Origin: Podarcis erhardii
Lineage: Eukaryota
Strand: one strand, 5' to 3'
Assembly (NCBI GenBank): GCA_964252035.1
Contig: OZ176209.1
DNA length: 64,000 nucleotides
Below, piece by piece: positions 1-13,546 of this stretch. Every line of letters begins with the position of its first letter. The stretch's first letter is position 1. The translations under genes were made by a program, and so were the position numbers. The notes under the pieces were generated by a model. It was not told the origin of the DNA. It was given only the letters and a program-made list of their open reading frames with translations, and did not search any database.

Positions 1-24
1 CTTTTTTAAAGAAAAAAAGCACTG
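1..24. mobile_element. Right terminus of an hAT-type MITE cut by the window edge
   Basis: tttttaaagaaaaaaagcactg matches the right end of the complete element at 30460-30634. Confidence 0.6.
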
Positions 25-143
25 TGTGCAGGAATTAAATATCTTGCATTTGAACAAGTTTTATACCTACTCCAGTTACAAAGCTTTTATACTGAAACCA
101 ATGGTAAAGTGACAAGGTTTATAACATATTTTTTTTAAAGATC

Positions 144-158
144 TCTCTCTCTCTCTTG

Positions 159-200
<42 letters not shown>
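144..200. repeat. Compound (CT)n/(CA)n microsatellite
   Basis: Direct reading. Confidence 0.95.
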
Positions 201-202
<2 letters not shown>

Positions 203-479
203 GTTTGGCCACTAATGACTTTATGTTGAAACATATCTGGTTGATTCACTTAAGGAACACTCACTTTTAACTGAAATTTGGAACATAAGCAGGAAATAGG
301 AGTTGCATTCTTAATATTTATAGTATGTATGGATTTTTTTTTTAAAAAATGTTTGTATAACCTACAATTGAGTGTTTTATCTTAACTTAGTTTTTCTGGA
401 GTTGCACTCTGTTAGAGAATGGAACCTTTTTCTTTCTTTCTATTGTTACAGACCATAAAACAACTGCCAACGTTTTACA

Positions 480-960
480 AAAATGGACCTGAACATTCTA
501 TTTCTACCAACTTCAAAGAAAGTAATTATAAACAGATGAACAGATGGAATTTTGGTCCAATAAAGACCTGCTATTAAATCTGATCATTTTTGGAAATGCG
601 GGTAGTCAAGACCAGGTTTCAGGCACTGATGGAGAGATGATAAGATAATGCCTAAGTTCTGGAGACAACCAACAAAGATAATTTAGGATACCCTTTCCCT
701 ACGGATCACGTCAGTAATACATCTTGGTTATTGGGGGAGATTATGTCAGAAAAAGAGATGTGGAAATGGCTGCTAATTAAATTAAGGAAACCAAAATAGA
801 ATCCTGACTCTATTTAAACCTTTAAATGTGCCATCCATAGATTATGGAGAAGTACATAGCTGGCAAATTTCTAAAATGCCATGGTTACAAATTTAGTAGG
901 ACTCAGAGAAAGAAGACAAGAAAATTATTCTTTCTATGACAGATTGAAGAAGTTTATTTA
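480..960 (+). mobile_element. Heavily decayed L1-like ORF2 3' remnant
   Basis: Fragmentary motifs (tataaacagatgaacagatgg; ttttggaaatgcgg; cctaagttctggaga) resemble the YKxMxRW...CWKC...CPxxxxFW region of the L1 at 11594. No intact frame. Confidence 0.35.
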
Positions 961-3404
961 CTTCTGGAATGTAACATAAGGGCATAATGATGATAAAGAT
1001 CCATTAATGCCTCTGTAAAGGAATTATGATTACTTGGCTCATTAATTATGGTCCTGGCACAAAGACTAGTGGATTACTCCAGTAACTGTAGGGTAGCTAA
1101 TTCAAGATCATTATTACTATTCATGTTTCTAAATCAAAATACCACATCATGTATGTATCCCGTACATATGCAGGAGGGGGAGAATCTTAAAAATAACTAT
1201 ATAATCCAGTAACCATTTATGCATGTGTCATTCTACTGAATCTTAACAGGAATGCAGTTAATGGATCATGACCAATTTTATAACCGTGGCTATCACTTTT
1301 TCAAGGAAATATCTATTCCTTTCCATGATAAACTGGTCATTCCTCATCACATTTGTGTCAGTGTCATCAAGACAACTACCGAGGATCCAAAGTTGCTCAA
1401 ACATCAGTCAGATGGTGAGGGGGGGGGGCAGGCAACTGTGGCAGCTGACTTTATTCACATGAATTGTGCCAATTAACCTCCTAGAGAGAGCAGATTGATC
1501 ATTCTGACCATAATACTCTGTGTGAGTCATCGTTTACTAGCCTTGTCCTTCTAGTATTTATAACGATATTTTAACCATTTCTAGAAAGCGCTTCTGTCAA
1601 AGAGAAAAACAAAAAAAGATTAATGGGGGCGTAAATGCCATCATTATGGACTGAACATGCCACTTCACGGCCAACAGTTTCAAAGTGATTACAATCAGCT
1701 GCCTCTTGCAGAAACTAAGGTGAAAGGTACTTAAGTTTCCAGCTCAAGTACCTTTTGTGAACGAAGGTGCACTTTCACTTCCAAACAGGAGGCCAAGATT
1801 TGGAAATTAGATTGCCTATGGCTTAAATTAGGAGCTAAATAGATTTATCTCCTAAGTAACGGAAATCTTATTTCTAAATAGGTAAAAAAAATAAGCGAAT
1901 AATGAACTTGAGCTTGCACTGCAAAAGAATGACTGGGTATATATATATTTAATCTCCCCCACAGATCCTCTACCAAATATATGCATTTTTATATCCAGTC
2001 ATTCACTATGCTTTAATGATTGCATCTTATTCCATTCCACCACTTGGCTTCTTCCAAGACCCTGCCCGATTGTGCTTTGCATAAACGTTTATGCAAGCCA
2101 CTGTGCAAAGCACAATTAATTTAACTCAGAGTGGCACATTAATATTATTACTTTTGACAGCAGGGAAAACTTATTAACATGTTGCAAGGCTCTTCTCTCT
2201 GCAAGAACAGTTTTTTAAGTGCAACACAGAGAGCAAATGTAATACATTCACAGGATGTTCTTTTTGGATTACTAGGCATTATAAAAAGTCAAACACCAAA
2301 GCCTTCCCATAATTATGGCACAATTATGTAGCTATTGTAGCTGGTCTAAAGATAATCTTCATCCTATTGTATCGGGCCAAGGCAAGCAATAATAGCTTGC
2401 CCTTGCTTGATCTTTAAAAACCTTCCAATAGTAGAGCCACGTACGCATTTAAAGTTCAGTTAATGCATTTCACATTATCATGAGATTGTCTCGGAATCTA
2501 AAAGTGATTGTTGCCACAGATTGAAAACTACACACTGCAGATCTGATAATGCACAGGCTAAAATCACAGGAGCAAGGTAATAAATCTTTTGTAGCTGAAC
2601 CAGTAGAGTAAAAGGTTTCCTTCCAACATGGCTACTAATCTATATAATGCCATGTTACAGAGAAAAGTAAGAAAAGGGATCCTTCTTCGGAACCCCTTGG
2701 CTAAATTACATTCATTCATTCACATAGTAGATGATTGTCTGCAGGATTTGGTCTGGCAGAGTTGGTCTGTTGCAGAGATGGGGTACCTGAGGCCTGAAGG
2801 CCAAATGCAGACCCCTCAAGGCCGTTCTGGCCAACCCTTAGAACACTCCCTGGGCCACTGCTCTCCGCTCCCCAGGCTACAGTCTTCACTGGCCTTGCCA
2901 TATACCCTTCTCAAGTGCCTTGGTAATGTGTTTTGCTTACTTCTCTGCATGGGCTTTTGCCTGGTTGGAATGTAACCTACTGTACAAAGGTAAGCATCAC
3001 ATCCATTGCTCTGCCCAACTTTTGCCTATGGCTCCATCTATACTGGCATGAACCCCCCCCCCCAAAAAAAAAGTTGCCTACAAAGGAATGTGGCCCTGAA
3101 CGATCCCTTCCTGGTCTATTGCATTGAGAGAATAGCAAACAATCTGAGAATGTTACGTGAACTAATCTAATTGCTAACATTCTCTGTAAGGATACAGGAG
3201 GAACTTTATATGTCTGCTGTCAACAAACACACTTCTGGTTGGTTGGTGCTCAAACACACATGCGTGAATGAGTATGGTCCAGTTTCCTGTGTTGATAGGA
3301 AAGTGAGGAATGCATATATACAAGAACTGAAAAACAGTAGCAAGCTGCTAGAATTCAGTAATGTTGGAATTAGGCATCCTGACATAACGCATCACTGATG
3401 AAGA

Positions 3405-3690
3405 GCACTGTGTGACAACCTCCCCCAGCTGCTCTCCTGGTGACTACAACCCACATCATTCTTGACCATTGGCCATATTGGCTGGGGATGATGGGAACTG
3501 CTGTCCAACAACAGCTGGACGACACAAGGTTGAGGAAGGCTGGTGTAGGATATAAGATACACATATGGCAGGGTAGGGATAGGTTGGGACTCCAAACCCC
3601 ATCAGCTCCAGCAGGCAAGGCCAATTGTCAGGGATGATGGGAGTTGCAGTCCAGCAACATCTGAAGGGCCATGGGTTCCCTATTCCTGCA
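3405..3690. mobile_element. Two adjacent degenerate palindromic hAT-type MITEs
   Basis: Each carries the ggatgatggga(a/g)ctg/ttgcagtcca...ca(t/g)ctg core seen in the TSD-flanked copy at 59085-59220. Confidence 0.65.
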
Positions 3691-3898
3691 GCAGGGCTTC
3701 CATGCTGACTCTTGCTCTCTTTTTGATGCCTGTTCAAACAATTTTTGTTTAGGCAATCCTACCAAGACCTGCAATTCCATTCTGCACACTTGTTTTTAAA
3801 AATGCTGATTTTGCCTGTATTTTATTATGTCTACTGTTCTAAAATCTGTTTTTATTTTTAAAAACTATTTTAAAATGAATATTTTTTAGGTTTATCTC

Positions 3899-4032
3899 NN
3901 NNNNNNNNNNNNNNNNNNNNNNNNNNNNNNNNNNNNNNNNNNNNNNNNNNNNNNNNNNNNNNNNNNNNNNNNNNNNNNNNNNNNNNNNNNNNNNNNNNNN
4001 NNNNNNNNNNNNNNNNNNNNNNNNNNNNNNNN
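3899..4032. other. Assembly gap (134 N)
   Basis: Run of N. Confidence 1.
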
Positions 4033-5659
4033 CCCTAGGAGGGCAATTTAAAACTTTTGGAGTAATCATGCTTTTTATGCCCTCCTAGCTATTTGGGCTG
4101 CTGAGAATTTAACGGTTTTCTTTCTTCCATTAATATTTCATAGTGTTCTTCTGCACTGCTCCGATACCTTTTGGGGAAGAGGATATAAATAATTTTAAAT
4201 AGATTAATAATATACCCTGCCCCAAATAGTTTGGAGGAATAGCTACCACAGATGGGAAACTAATTCATTTAGTAATCAGAACTTGTACAGCTTCGGAACA
4301 GAAGCAGAAACAGTCCTATGGGCATCCATCATTTTTTCTCCCACTGTCACTACAACACCCCAAGGACTTCCTTATCTTCCTACCATGGGAAGATGCATGA
4401 GGTGTACCCACCTACATGTGGCGGTAACACATACGCCTTCAGAGGAGCCACATAAATTATTATGCTTTAAGGCTTTTGAGTGGAAGAAAGGAAGGCAGAT
4501 TTGCCAGTCATTTGCACAACCAGCTGTTGTGACATCCTGTAACATCTTCAGATGAGACAAAAAGAAAAGCTCCACTGAGGAAATAGTTGGCACAATAGGA
4601 AATTAGAATAATAATGTTACATATACAAGACGTACACTGAAGTGACACAGCAATATAATAAGCTGCAGTGATGCTGGGAGACTGGAATGCCTGCTCTCTA
4701 GTCTCATCTCTCCACTTCCCTTCTTCCCTATTTCCTCCTTGTCCAGATCTTTCTCCTCCTGCACCATCCTCAGTCTTTTTATCCTTCAACTCCCATCTGA
4801 CTTATTAGTCACTTTGAAAGCACTTCTAGACCACAATTTTTTTTTTTTTTTAAGGTGGGGTGGTGAACCTCCAGCCTTCCCATTTGGCCTGCGAGACTCT
4901 TTCAGTCAAGCAAAACCCACCTGCAAAGGTAGGTGAAGGTGTGGCTAGGCTGAAAGGGGGTTTCAAAGTGCACCAGCTGATCAGTAGTGCCTGAAGATTG
5001 GGCTTTGCAAGTGCTATGATCGGCTGTTCAATGGGGTTTGCAAAACCCCAGACACCCAAAGCAGTTTGCAATAGGAAGGGAGAATTCAGATGTGGGAGTT
5101 GTTCCATTAATTTTTCCTGTTATAATGCTGGCACTTCTGTCTTGGTTTCTAACATTCCTTTTATATTGCATTTCCTGTCGTGCTATTGAACCGTGGCCTT
5201 TTGCTTGAGATACCACCATGTTCTACTAAATTTTATTCACACCAAGGGGCATGGTGTGACACAGCCAACTCTCACATAGCTCCTTCCTTCCTCAAATCGT
5301 CAGCCAGAGACACACATGCACGCTCTCCATATTTCCATACTAGCTACTAAAAACACACATACACACCTTTTCTTTTTCATGATCTTCACCCATACAGTCT
5401 CTCTCCCCTTGAATCATCACCCATACACATCCGTTCTTTTCCCAGAACTTATACAGATATGTGCACCCTCTCTCTCCAAAGATGTGCATATATGAGCATG
5501 TATGAGCATGTACACATGTGTGTTCTGTCTCATATATACACATACACACAGGATCTTCATAATGGGCTGCTAAATATTTTCTTCTCGTTACCAGTTTAAT
5601 AAATGTAGTCTTATGATTATCTTACATTGTTTCAAGTGGTCTACAAGTTGGATGTTAAA

Positions 5660-6070
5660 ACATTTGGGCATCATTGACCAAAAAAATGGTTTAACTTAGG
5701 GAAGATTTGAAAAGAGGTTGTAAAAATGCGGTGAAAGTACATAAATATTTTCTAGCCTTCCTCATAATATTGGAACTTGGGATCACCCAAATAAAGCTGA
5801 CTGGAAGGAGAAACTCACATCTTCAATGGGTGGCAATAGCTACTAGCTTAGATAGTGGACCAATTAATGGTGGGTGTACCTAAGAAAGGTTATATAAGAA
5901 ACTTATAAATATAAGCCTCTAAATATATCAGATGAGAAAATCTTAGGACAGTCCATTGATTTCAGATTCTTCTTATGAGCTTCCAAAGCCATCTGCCTAC
6001 TCATGTTGGAAACAGAACCCTGGATATACTTTGATTTGATCTGGCAAAGGCTTTCTTACGTTCTTATGAA
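5660..6070 (+). mobile_element. Degenerate CR1-like 3' fragment
   Basis: Ends in tgatctggcaaaggctttcttacgttcttatg, matching the CR1-type tails at 17665 and 53040. Confidence 0.5.
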
Positions 6071-6994
6071 GTAATGTGTCTTTTTTATTACTCAACCATC
6101 TTGGATAAATTATGACTGAAAAACTGTCTTCTCATTATAAAGTGCACATTCTCAATTCACTGAGGGGTATTCACTATTAAGTATTTCCTTAGCACCATAC
6201 AGCCTGTCTAAGGCTATTAAAGCAATTTACAATGGGAATCCAATTGCTACCCTTTTCATTACTGTGCTTTGTGCAAGACGTTCATTTCTTTTTGTTTAAT
6301 AAATACGTTCTGTCTATCATAGCTACGATACAAAGTGCTTTAAATGTCAGTTCAGCAAGTAGTTAAACTAAAGTGAAAATACAACAAGATCTGAAAAGAG
6401 GCTAAGTGGTTACTATGGTAATCTGACATGGTCTAAATTGGCATTTAAAAACTGGCAGGAGGAATGCAAAGAAAATGACTAAGCTTTCTTTTTTCTCAGG
6501 CTGCTCCTCCCAACTCTTTGTCTACAACCTTTTCAGAAATGCATATTTTTCCCTCCATTGCTTTTTGGCATCATCCAGGGAGAAATTCTCCTGTACAAGA
6601 CCCAGAAGAATAAACTTCCTGCTGGATCATTCACTTCACAATAAAAAAGTTTGCAACAAATCGAGGTCCTGTGTGATTGTTTAATTTTTGTACAGCACTT
6701 GAGTATAATAAAAAAGAATAATGAGAAACTCTGTGGTGGTAAAAGTGAAATGCAGCTTTCCCAGCCTCTCTACCTGGGGCATGAAATTCTCCCCCAAGAC
6801 CCAACCCTTTGTTGGTCCAAGTGTTTTTGATAGGCAAGAATGAGTTCTTGAACTCTGCTAATGTTTCTTCCTTGTCATGGTGGAGAATACAAAGGGATAT
6901 GTGAGTGTCACAAGAACATACCAGTCAGTAATCACACAGTTCATGGTTGGATTTAAGTCTTCACTAGCTAAAACACAGGCTTGGTTTCTGTTGG

Positions 6995-7182
6995 CAAGAG
7001 CTGTTCAACAGTGGAATGGTCTTCCTTGGAAGATGGTGGACTCTTCTCCTACTTGGAGGCTTTCAAGCAGAGGCTGGATAGCCATCTGTCATGGATGCTT
7101 TAGTTGATATTCTTGCATTGTAAGGGGTTGGACTAGATGGCCCTCGATGTCCCTTCAATCTCTGCAATGCTATGATTCTATG
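6995..7182 (+). mobile_element. CR1 LINE 3' end
   Basis: aagagctgttcaacagtggaa...ggactagatggccctcgatgtcccttc...ctatgattcta is near-identical to 9790-9965. Confidence 0.8.
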
Positions 7183-7184
7183 AA

Positions 7185-7312
7185 GAACCTGTGGCTCTTC
7201 AGATGTTGCTGAACTAAAATCCCCAACAGCCCCAACAAGCATGATTGATAGCCAAGGATGATGGGAGCTGTAGTTCAATAACATCTGGAGAGCCACAGGT
7301 TTATCACACCTG
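7185..7312. mobile_element. Palindromic hAT-type MITE
   Basis: aacctgtggctcttcagatgttg...caataacatctggagagccacaggtt inverted arms. Confidence 0.75.
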
Positions 7313-8956
7313 CTGTGAAAGCAAGTGCTGATGTAGGAAATGCAAAACAATGCAGAGCATTGCTTTAGTTTGCAAAAGTGGGGTAGCCTTCCTGTGGTTT
7401 GATGCTTTACCTACATAACAAATAGATTTCATTACCTCGCCTGAAGTTCTTGGGGTGGATTATCATCTGCCCATACATAAATAAGAAAAATAAAAAGTTA
7501 AACAAGACTGTTCACTCCTAATTTGTTTTTTTCTTGGTCCCTTTCCCACAGCTCCATCATTCAAGCTTTTTCCAACCTGCTGCTTAATCTGCCATCCACT
7601 AGTGAACTGTTGTCTTTCTCCTGCTCCATTTTCATCAATTCTTTGCCTAGCTTCAGGGAGTCTGGCTCTCCCTGAAGCTATGCAACACACATAGCAATTA
7701 TGTATAACATTAACAAGGCTGAATGGAGGAAGGTTAGAAAGATGTTGTCCTGACTTGTAGCTCATGTGATCTCTCCTATACAATTTTCACCAGCCATCCT
7801 ACAGACTGGAGATGTTCTTTCAAGCTCTCGCAAAACCTAACAAATACTTTACACAGCACTTCTTATCTCTTAAGGTGCCCCACCAACATTGACTTATTAA
7901 TCGGCTGTTCTGTAGGGAAATGGGGAAAAGTCATGAAGCTGGTTTTTAAATTTGCTTGGGTCACGAGATACAGAAGGAAGCCTCTCATGTCTCATTAAAA
8001 CCCCATCCTTTGATTTTATCCCTGACCCTTTTAAGGAGAGAGGGCTGGGAAACTGACTGAATTTTTAGTTAATGCAATGAAGAGGGCAACAGCTTGTCAG
8101 ATGCTTCTTCCTGTTCCACAGCCGCTCATTAAAACTCTGTGTTATTATGTACAACAACAGAATTCTGTGTAAAGAGCAGTTAAGATAAAGACTTAAGAGA
8201 GAAGATGGACTAAGGTCAGCTTAGGTGATTAAGCAAGTGGTCATGACCATCATTAATGGAAGCTAAAATATGCTTCTACCCTCAGGGGTCACAACCAAAC
8301 TATTTCAAGGATTAATTTCCCCATCATTAATTGCCAGCTTTCTTATGATTCTTTATCAGCAAAAAGTTTTTTTTAAAAAATAGTAAGTGAAAACTTGTCA
8401 TAACAATTTGTATTATTATAACTGAACAGACTGCCTGCAAATTTGGCTTTCTGTGACAAATGTTACATTCTGCAATTAAAATAAAGATAAGTCTGTTTTT
8501 AAAAAATGTCTTAGCTGTAATTAAACATAATTACACTTGTTGTACCATTTTGGATGGGATCCAGTTGCTTAGGATTTTAAGTCTATTTTAATCATGCTTT
8601 TTTCTGGAATTAGTGGGGCAGGTTGTGGTACCATGAGCACTAACAAGACAAGCACGTGCCCCTCAATGCACATCTGGCCTAATTAAACCCTGTTTCCATT
8701 TTTGCTGTGTTTTACTTGGTATCTTTAGGATATTGAAGCGTTACAATAAAGGCTTGCCATCTACCTACGCAAGCCATGAACCAAAGACAATTCAGCACAG
8801 ATTGGGAAAATCGCAGCAGAACTTCCCTAGCTGAAATACATAAGATTTCTAAGCCACAGACTCATAGGAGAAACATCTTTATTACAGTAACTTGCCCTAA
8901 AGTAGAATTCTCTACATAGCAACACATATTTGTCTAGGCTGTTTAACTGATCACAT

Positions 8957-9965
8957 TGCAGTGTGCCCTATAATATTCTTGTGGAGAAGCTGGTAAAATG
9001 TGGGCAGGATGAGGTAACTATTAGGGGGATTTCTTGCTAGTTGACTGACCAAATCCAAAGAGTGCTCACTAATGGTTCTAGGCCCATTGTCATTCAACGT
9101 CTTTATAAATGACTTGGATGAAGGTATTGATGGGGTGCAAATGACACCAAACTGGGATGGGTAGCCAATGCCACAGAAGACAGAAACAGGATTCAATATG
9201 GCCTTAACAGATTGGAGAACTGGGCCAAAACTAATAAAATGCATTTCAATAGGGACAAATGTAAGGTTCTACATTTAGGCAAAAAGAACCAGCTGCACAA
9301 ATATAAGATGGAGAGGGCACCCGGATTGCCAGTACTACATGTGAAAAGGATCTAGTAGACAGCAAGCTTAACATGCGTCAACAGTGTGATGTAACAGCAA
9401 AAAAAGGAAAAAACGGGGGGGGGGGGGAGCTAATGCTGTTCTAGGCTGTATAAACAGAACAATGGTGTCCAGATCAAGGGAAGTAATAGCTCTATTCTGC
9501 CTTGGCCAGACCACAAATGGAGTACTGTGACCATTTCTGGGCACCACAGTTTAAGAAAGATATTGAAAAGCTGGAACATGTGCAGAGTAGGGCGACCAAG
9601 TTGAAACCAAGCCTTATGAGGAATGGTTGAATGAATTGGGTGTGTTTAGCCTGGTAAAGAGGAGGCTGAGAGGAGATAAGAAAGCCATCTTCAATTGTCA
9701 TATGGCATGTAGAGCAAGCTTGTTTCAACCAATGGATTCAAATTACAAGAAAGGAGATTCCACCTAAACATCAGGAAGAACTTTCTGATGGTAAGAGCTG
9801 TTTGACAGTGGAATGGACTCCCTTGGAAGGTGATAGATTCTCCTTCCATGGAGGTTTGTAAGCGGAGGTTGGATGGCCATCTATTATGGATGCTTTAGTT
9901 TAGACTGCTGCACACGGGTTTGGACTAGATGACCCTTAGGGTCCCTTCCAACTCTGCAATTCTAT
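8957..9965 (+). mobile_element. CR1 LINE, 5'-truncated and frameshifted (RT C-terminal half plus 3' UTR)
   Basis: Encodes LGPLSFNVFINDLDEG, (D)DTKLG, NRDKCKVLHLG-like motifs and ends in cccttccaactctgcaattctatga. Confidence 0.9.
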
Positions 9966-10924
9966 GAAAGATGCACAAGGAGCCCCAAGCATGAAGGGCC
10001 AGCAGAACATATTCGGCATGAGATGGGGTCTGCTGCAGGCTCTGAATTATTGGAGGTGAAGTGTGCAGACTGAAATAATTTCAAAATAGCAGCAACAGGC
10101 CAAGGTTTACATTAGTCCTGAAGATCACAAAATATTGCATAAGATAAGAAGTGTGCTAAACTGCAAGATGAAATCAAAACTATGAAGTTTCACCTCATCT
10201 TTTAAAAGTAAGTTTTCTTTTCAAAGTAATGCTAAATTATTCTAACATAGCACACTTGCTTTCAAGAAAATAATTTATCAGGCATAAAGAAAAACAAACC
10301 TCATCTAACTTTCCAGTTAATCACTAAACAATGGCAATTCCCCACATTTATTGGTTGCTCACTTGAGTGCGTCAAGCACATAATCAGAAAGATGCTAAGA
10401 AACAAAAAACAACATTGAAGGCTTACTTCATTTATCATGGAAAACATTTATTGCATGAATACAATCATCCAACAGGCACGTCATTTTCTGAAACAAGAAA
10501 GGTTTCCAAACATAATAGAAGATGCAGAGCTATACTTCTGCACTGACTGCAGTCAGGATTATTATTATTATTTGCAGTGGAAACCCTCTCCTGCTCTTAT
10601 CATTGCTGGAATGAAGCTATGACTCATAAGTCTACAGTGTATGTGACTTACACTTTAATGCACAGGTGTTCATTGGCACGGCAAGACGCTATACCAAAGA
10701 ACACGACCGGGACCAGCACAACAATCGGAACCATGAAGAGCCCTGTGCTTTTATTATGTCAAATGATCATGGGTTTTGACAAAGAGGAATAACCACGTAT
10801 ACTGCAGCATTAGCCTTCTGGCAGTGCAGTCCTACAGAGGTCTGCTCAGAAGCACACCTCATTAAGTTCAAAGGGAACTTAAGCCCATGTAACTGCATAA
10901 AGGATTTCAGCTGAAGCTCCACGT

Positions 10925-11105
10925 GCAGCATAGTAGCTAAGGGGCAGAGCTCAAGTCAGGAAATCCTCGGTTCAAATCCGGCCTCTGCCGTAAAGCTGCA
11001 GGCTGTCCTTAAGCCAGCCCCTCTCTCTAAGCCACAGCCTCCTCACCCCAACTGCAGCACAAGTGTAATAATACTGACCTACCTTTCAAAGCTGTAAGGC
11101 ACATT
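10925..11105 (+). mobile_element. MIR/Ther1-like CORE-SINE remnant
   Basis: tRNA-like head with B box (ggttcaaatcc), then ccttaagccagcccctctctctaagcc and ataatactgacctacc CORE-like segments. Confidence 0.6.
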
Positions 11106-11593
11106 CCAAAGGGAAAGCTCAAAATCTGCAGCCCAGGGATCCCATAGCTTTGCAAACTGGAGAGACTGTTGTGGGAATCACCCCACTCTGCACAGCCAAG
11201 CGTAGGTCGCAACCTATCCTATTGGCTACAGCAGAATGCTTATTTGAAGCCTAATTTTGAGAGCGGACCCTGTGGGCATCAGGGAAGGCTTCTTGCATCT
11301 GCATCTGTACCTGTGGGCACCACTTTGGAGATCTCTGAGTTATTTCTTCTTTGACTTATTCCATGCCATAGTAATCCCCCCAATCTTTATATGGTACAAT
11401 GTTCTCGTGACACACTAAGGTGCATGGCCCAAATCATTTGCCTTTAACTGGTGTCACGAGCCTCTTGGTTACGTTTGCTTTTAGAGACTGCCCCATTGAA
11501 CATCCCATATTCTATAAAATGGTAAAAAATCTCACTGGTGAATGTTTTGAGAAATTCAGACGAAACAGAATTGAGTGAGAAAGTGTCCCAGTG

Positions 11594-12845
11594 GGACAAA
11601 ATATAAAGACTTATTGGAAAATAAAACTCCAAGGTGGCTTTCACCTCTGGAAGCTAAGGCCCGAAAAAGACCCAATATGGAGGCCAAATGGCCAAAATAT
11701 TGGGAAATATTAGAAAAAGATGGAGACAATTGGAAATTGCAGAGTTTGGAGAAAATGAAGGATAAGGTGCGAGACTGGTTACATTACGCTCAGATTAAAT
11801 AAGTTTTTAAAAATGACAAAAAGTTAGGGTTCCAGGTGGAGAAATCGAAGTTAGAAACAGAATTGTTAGAACCAAAGACTAAGGTACTATTTAGAATGTA
11901 TAACTTGCTGTTAAAATGGAATATACAAGACGAAATGGTTAAATCGGCTATGATAAAGTGGGCACAGGACATTGGGCATAACATTATGTTTGAGGACTGG
12001 GAAAGGTTGTGGACCACTGGGCTGAACTTCACTGCATGTAATGCTCTGAAGGAAAATGTAATGAAAATGATATATAGATGGTACATGACCCCAGTTAAAC
12101 TCGCCAAAATATACCATTCGTCTGATAATAAATGTTGGATATGTAAAGAAAATGAAGGAACATTCTTTCACCTCTGGTGGACATGCCCTAGGGTGAAGGT
12201 CTTCTGGGAAATGATATATAATGAGCTGAAAAAGGTATTTAAATATACCTTCACTAAGAAACCAGAGGCCTTCCTTCTGGGTATTGTCGACCAGAAGGTG
12301 TTAAAGAAGGACCGAACATTCTTTATGTATGCAACAACGGCAGCAAGGATACTCATCGCAAAAAATTGGAAAACTCAAGATCTACCCACACTGGAAGAGT
12401 GGCAGATGCAGCTGATGGACTATATGCAACTGGCCGAGATGACTGGCAGAATCCGTGATCTGGGAGAAGAGAAGATGGAGGAAGACTGGAAGAAATTCAA
12501 GATGTATTTACAAAAACATTGTAATTTGGTTGAATGTTAAGAAGGATGCTAGATTATAAAAAATTGGTCACCACTAAATTAGATTTAAATTTGATGATAA
12601 GTGAGACTAAAGAAAATATAAATTTTTTTGGAAGAAGTGCTAGATTATATCTGAATGAGTGGACATGAGATTGCAAACAAGTTGATAATTTGTCTGGAGA
12701 AAACTTTTAACGATGTAAATGGGAGCGGGAGACGTGAGGGAGTCCAAAGAATTGATGAAATTATGTTTGTGACAGAAGTAAGACTGTTTATTATTTGTGC
12801 ATTGATATTTAAAAACTTTAATAAATATTTATAAAAAAAAAGAGA
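11594..12845 (+). mobile_element. 5'-truncated L1-clade LINE (ORF2 C-terminus, 3' UTR, A-tail) with 17-bp TSD
   Basis: ORFs 11575-11802 and 11836-12540 are the same frame split by one TAA. C-x2-C-x7-H-x4-C knuckle (CWICKENEGTFFHLWWTC). AATAAA plus A-run near 12820-12841. gagaaagtgtcccagtg at 11577-11593 and 12846-12862. Confidence 0.92.
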
Positions 12846-12927
12846 GAGAAAGTGTCCCAGTGTACCTCCTGCTTCCTGCCTTGCAGGCCTTTTCTCACCT
12901 GGCCTGGGAGGGCTGGGCCCTAACTTT

Positions 12928-13094
12928 NNNNNNNNNNNNNNNNNNNNNNNNNNNNNNNNNNNNNNNNNNNNNNNNNNNNNNNNNNNNNNNNNNNNNNNNN
13001 NNNNNNNNNNNNNNNNNNNNNNNNNNNNNNNNNNNNNNNNNNNNNNNNNNNNNNNNNNNNNNNNNNNNNNNNNNNNNNNNNNNNNNNNNNNNNN
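12928..13094. other. Assembly gap (167 N)
   Basis: Run of N. Confidence 1.
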
Positions 13095-13291
13095 GCTGGG
13101 CTTCCCCAGCCACTCTGGGCGGCTTCCAACAAAATAGTAAAATAAAGTAATCCATCAAACATTAAAAGCTTCCCTAAACAGGGCTGCCTTCAGATGTCTT
13201 CTAAAAGTCTGGTAGTTGTTGTTCTCTTTGACATCTAGTGGGAGGGCATTCCACAGGGCAGGTGCCACTACCGAGAAGGCCCTCTGCCTGG
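13095..13291 (-). mobile_element. L2-clade LINE 3' fragment
   Basis: ccccagccactctgggcggcttccaac...ttccctaaacagggctgccttcagatgtc is shared with copies at 21090, 57972 and, inverted, 18460 and 61928. Confidence 0.8.
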
Positions 13292-13309
13292 ATCCTGTAA
13301 CCTGTAAGC

Positions 13310-13546
13310 TAAGACTGCTGAACAGACTCCTGGGCTGGGGTGTTGTCTGGGGGTGTTGTTGGGTAATGGGTCGTTGCTGTTGGTTTTCTGTATCTTTATT
13401 ATATGTTGTGATTTACGTGCAAATTGTTTTGTTTGGTTGTGTATTTTTAAATGTTTTGTTTTGACTACTTTTGTTATGTTGTAAGACACCTTCAACACGG
13501 TTTGAACTGTGGAACGGTGGCATACAAATAAAATTATGTATGTATG
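13310..13546 (+). mobile_element. LINE (L2-like) 3' end with (TATG)n tail
   Basis: GT-rich 3' UTR, then ttgtaagacacc...ggtggcatacaaataaaat followed by tatg repeats that resume at 13951. Confidence 0.55.
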
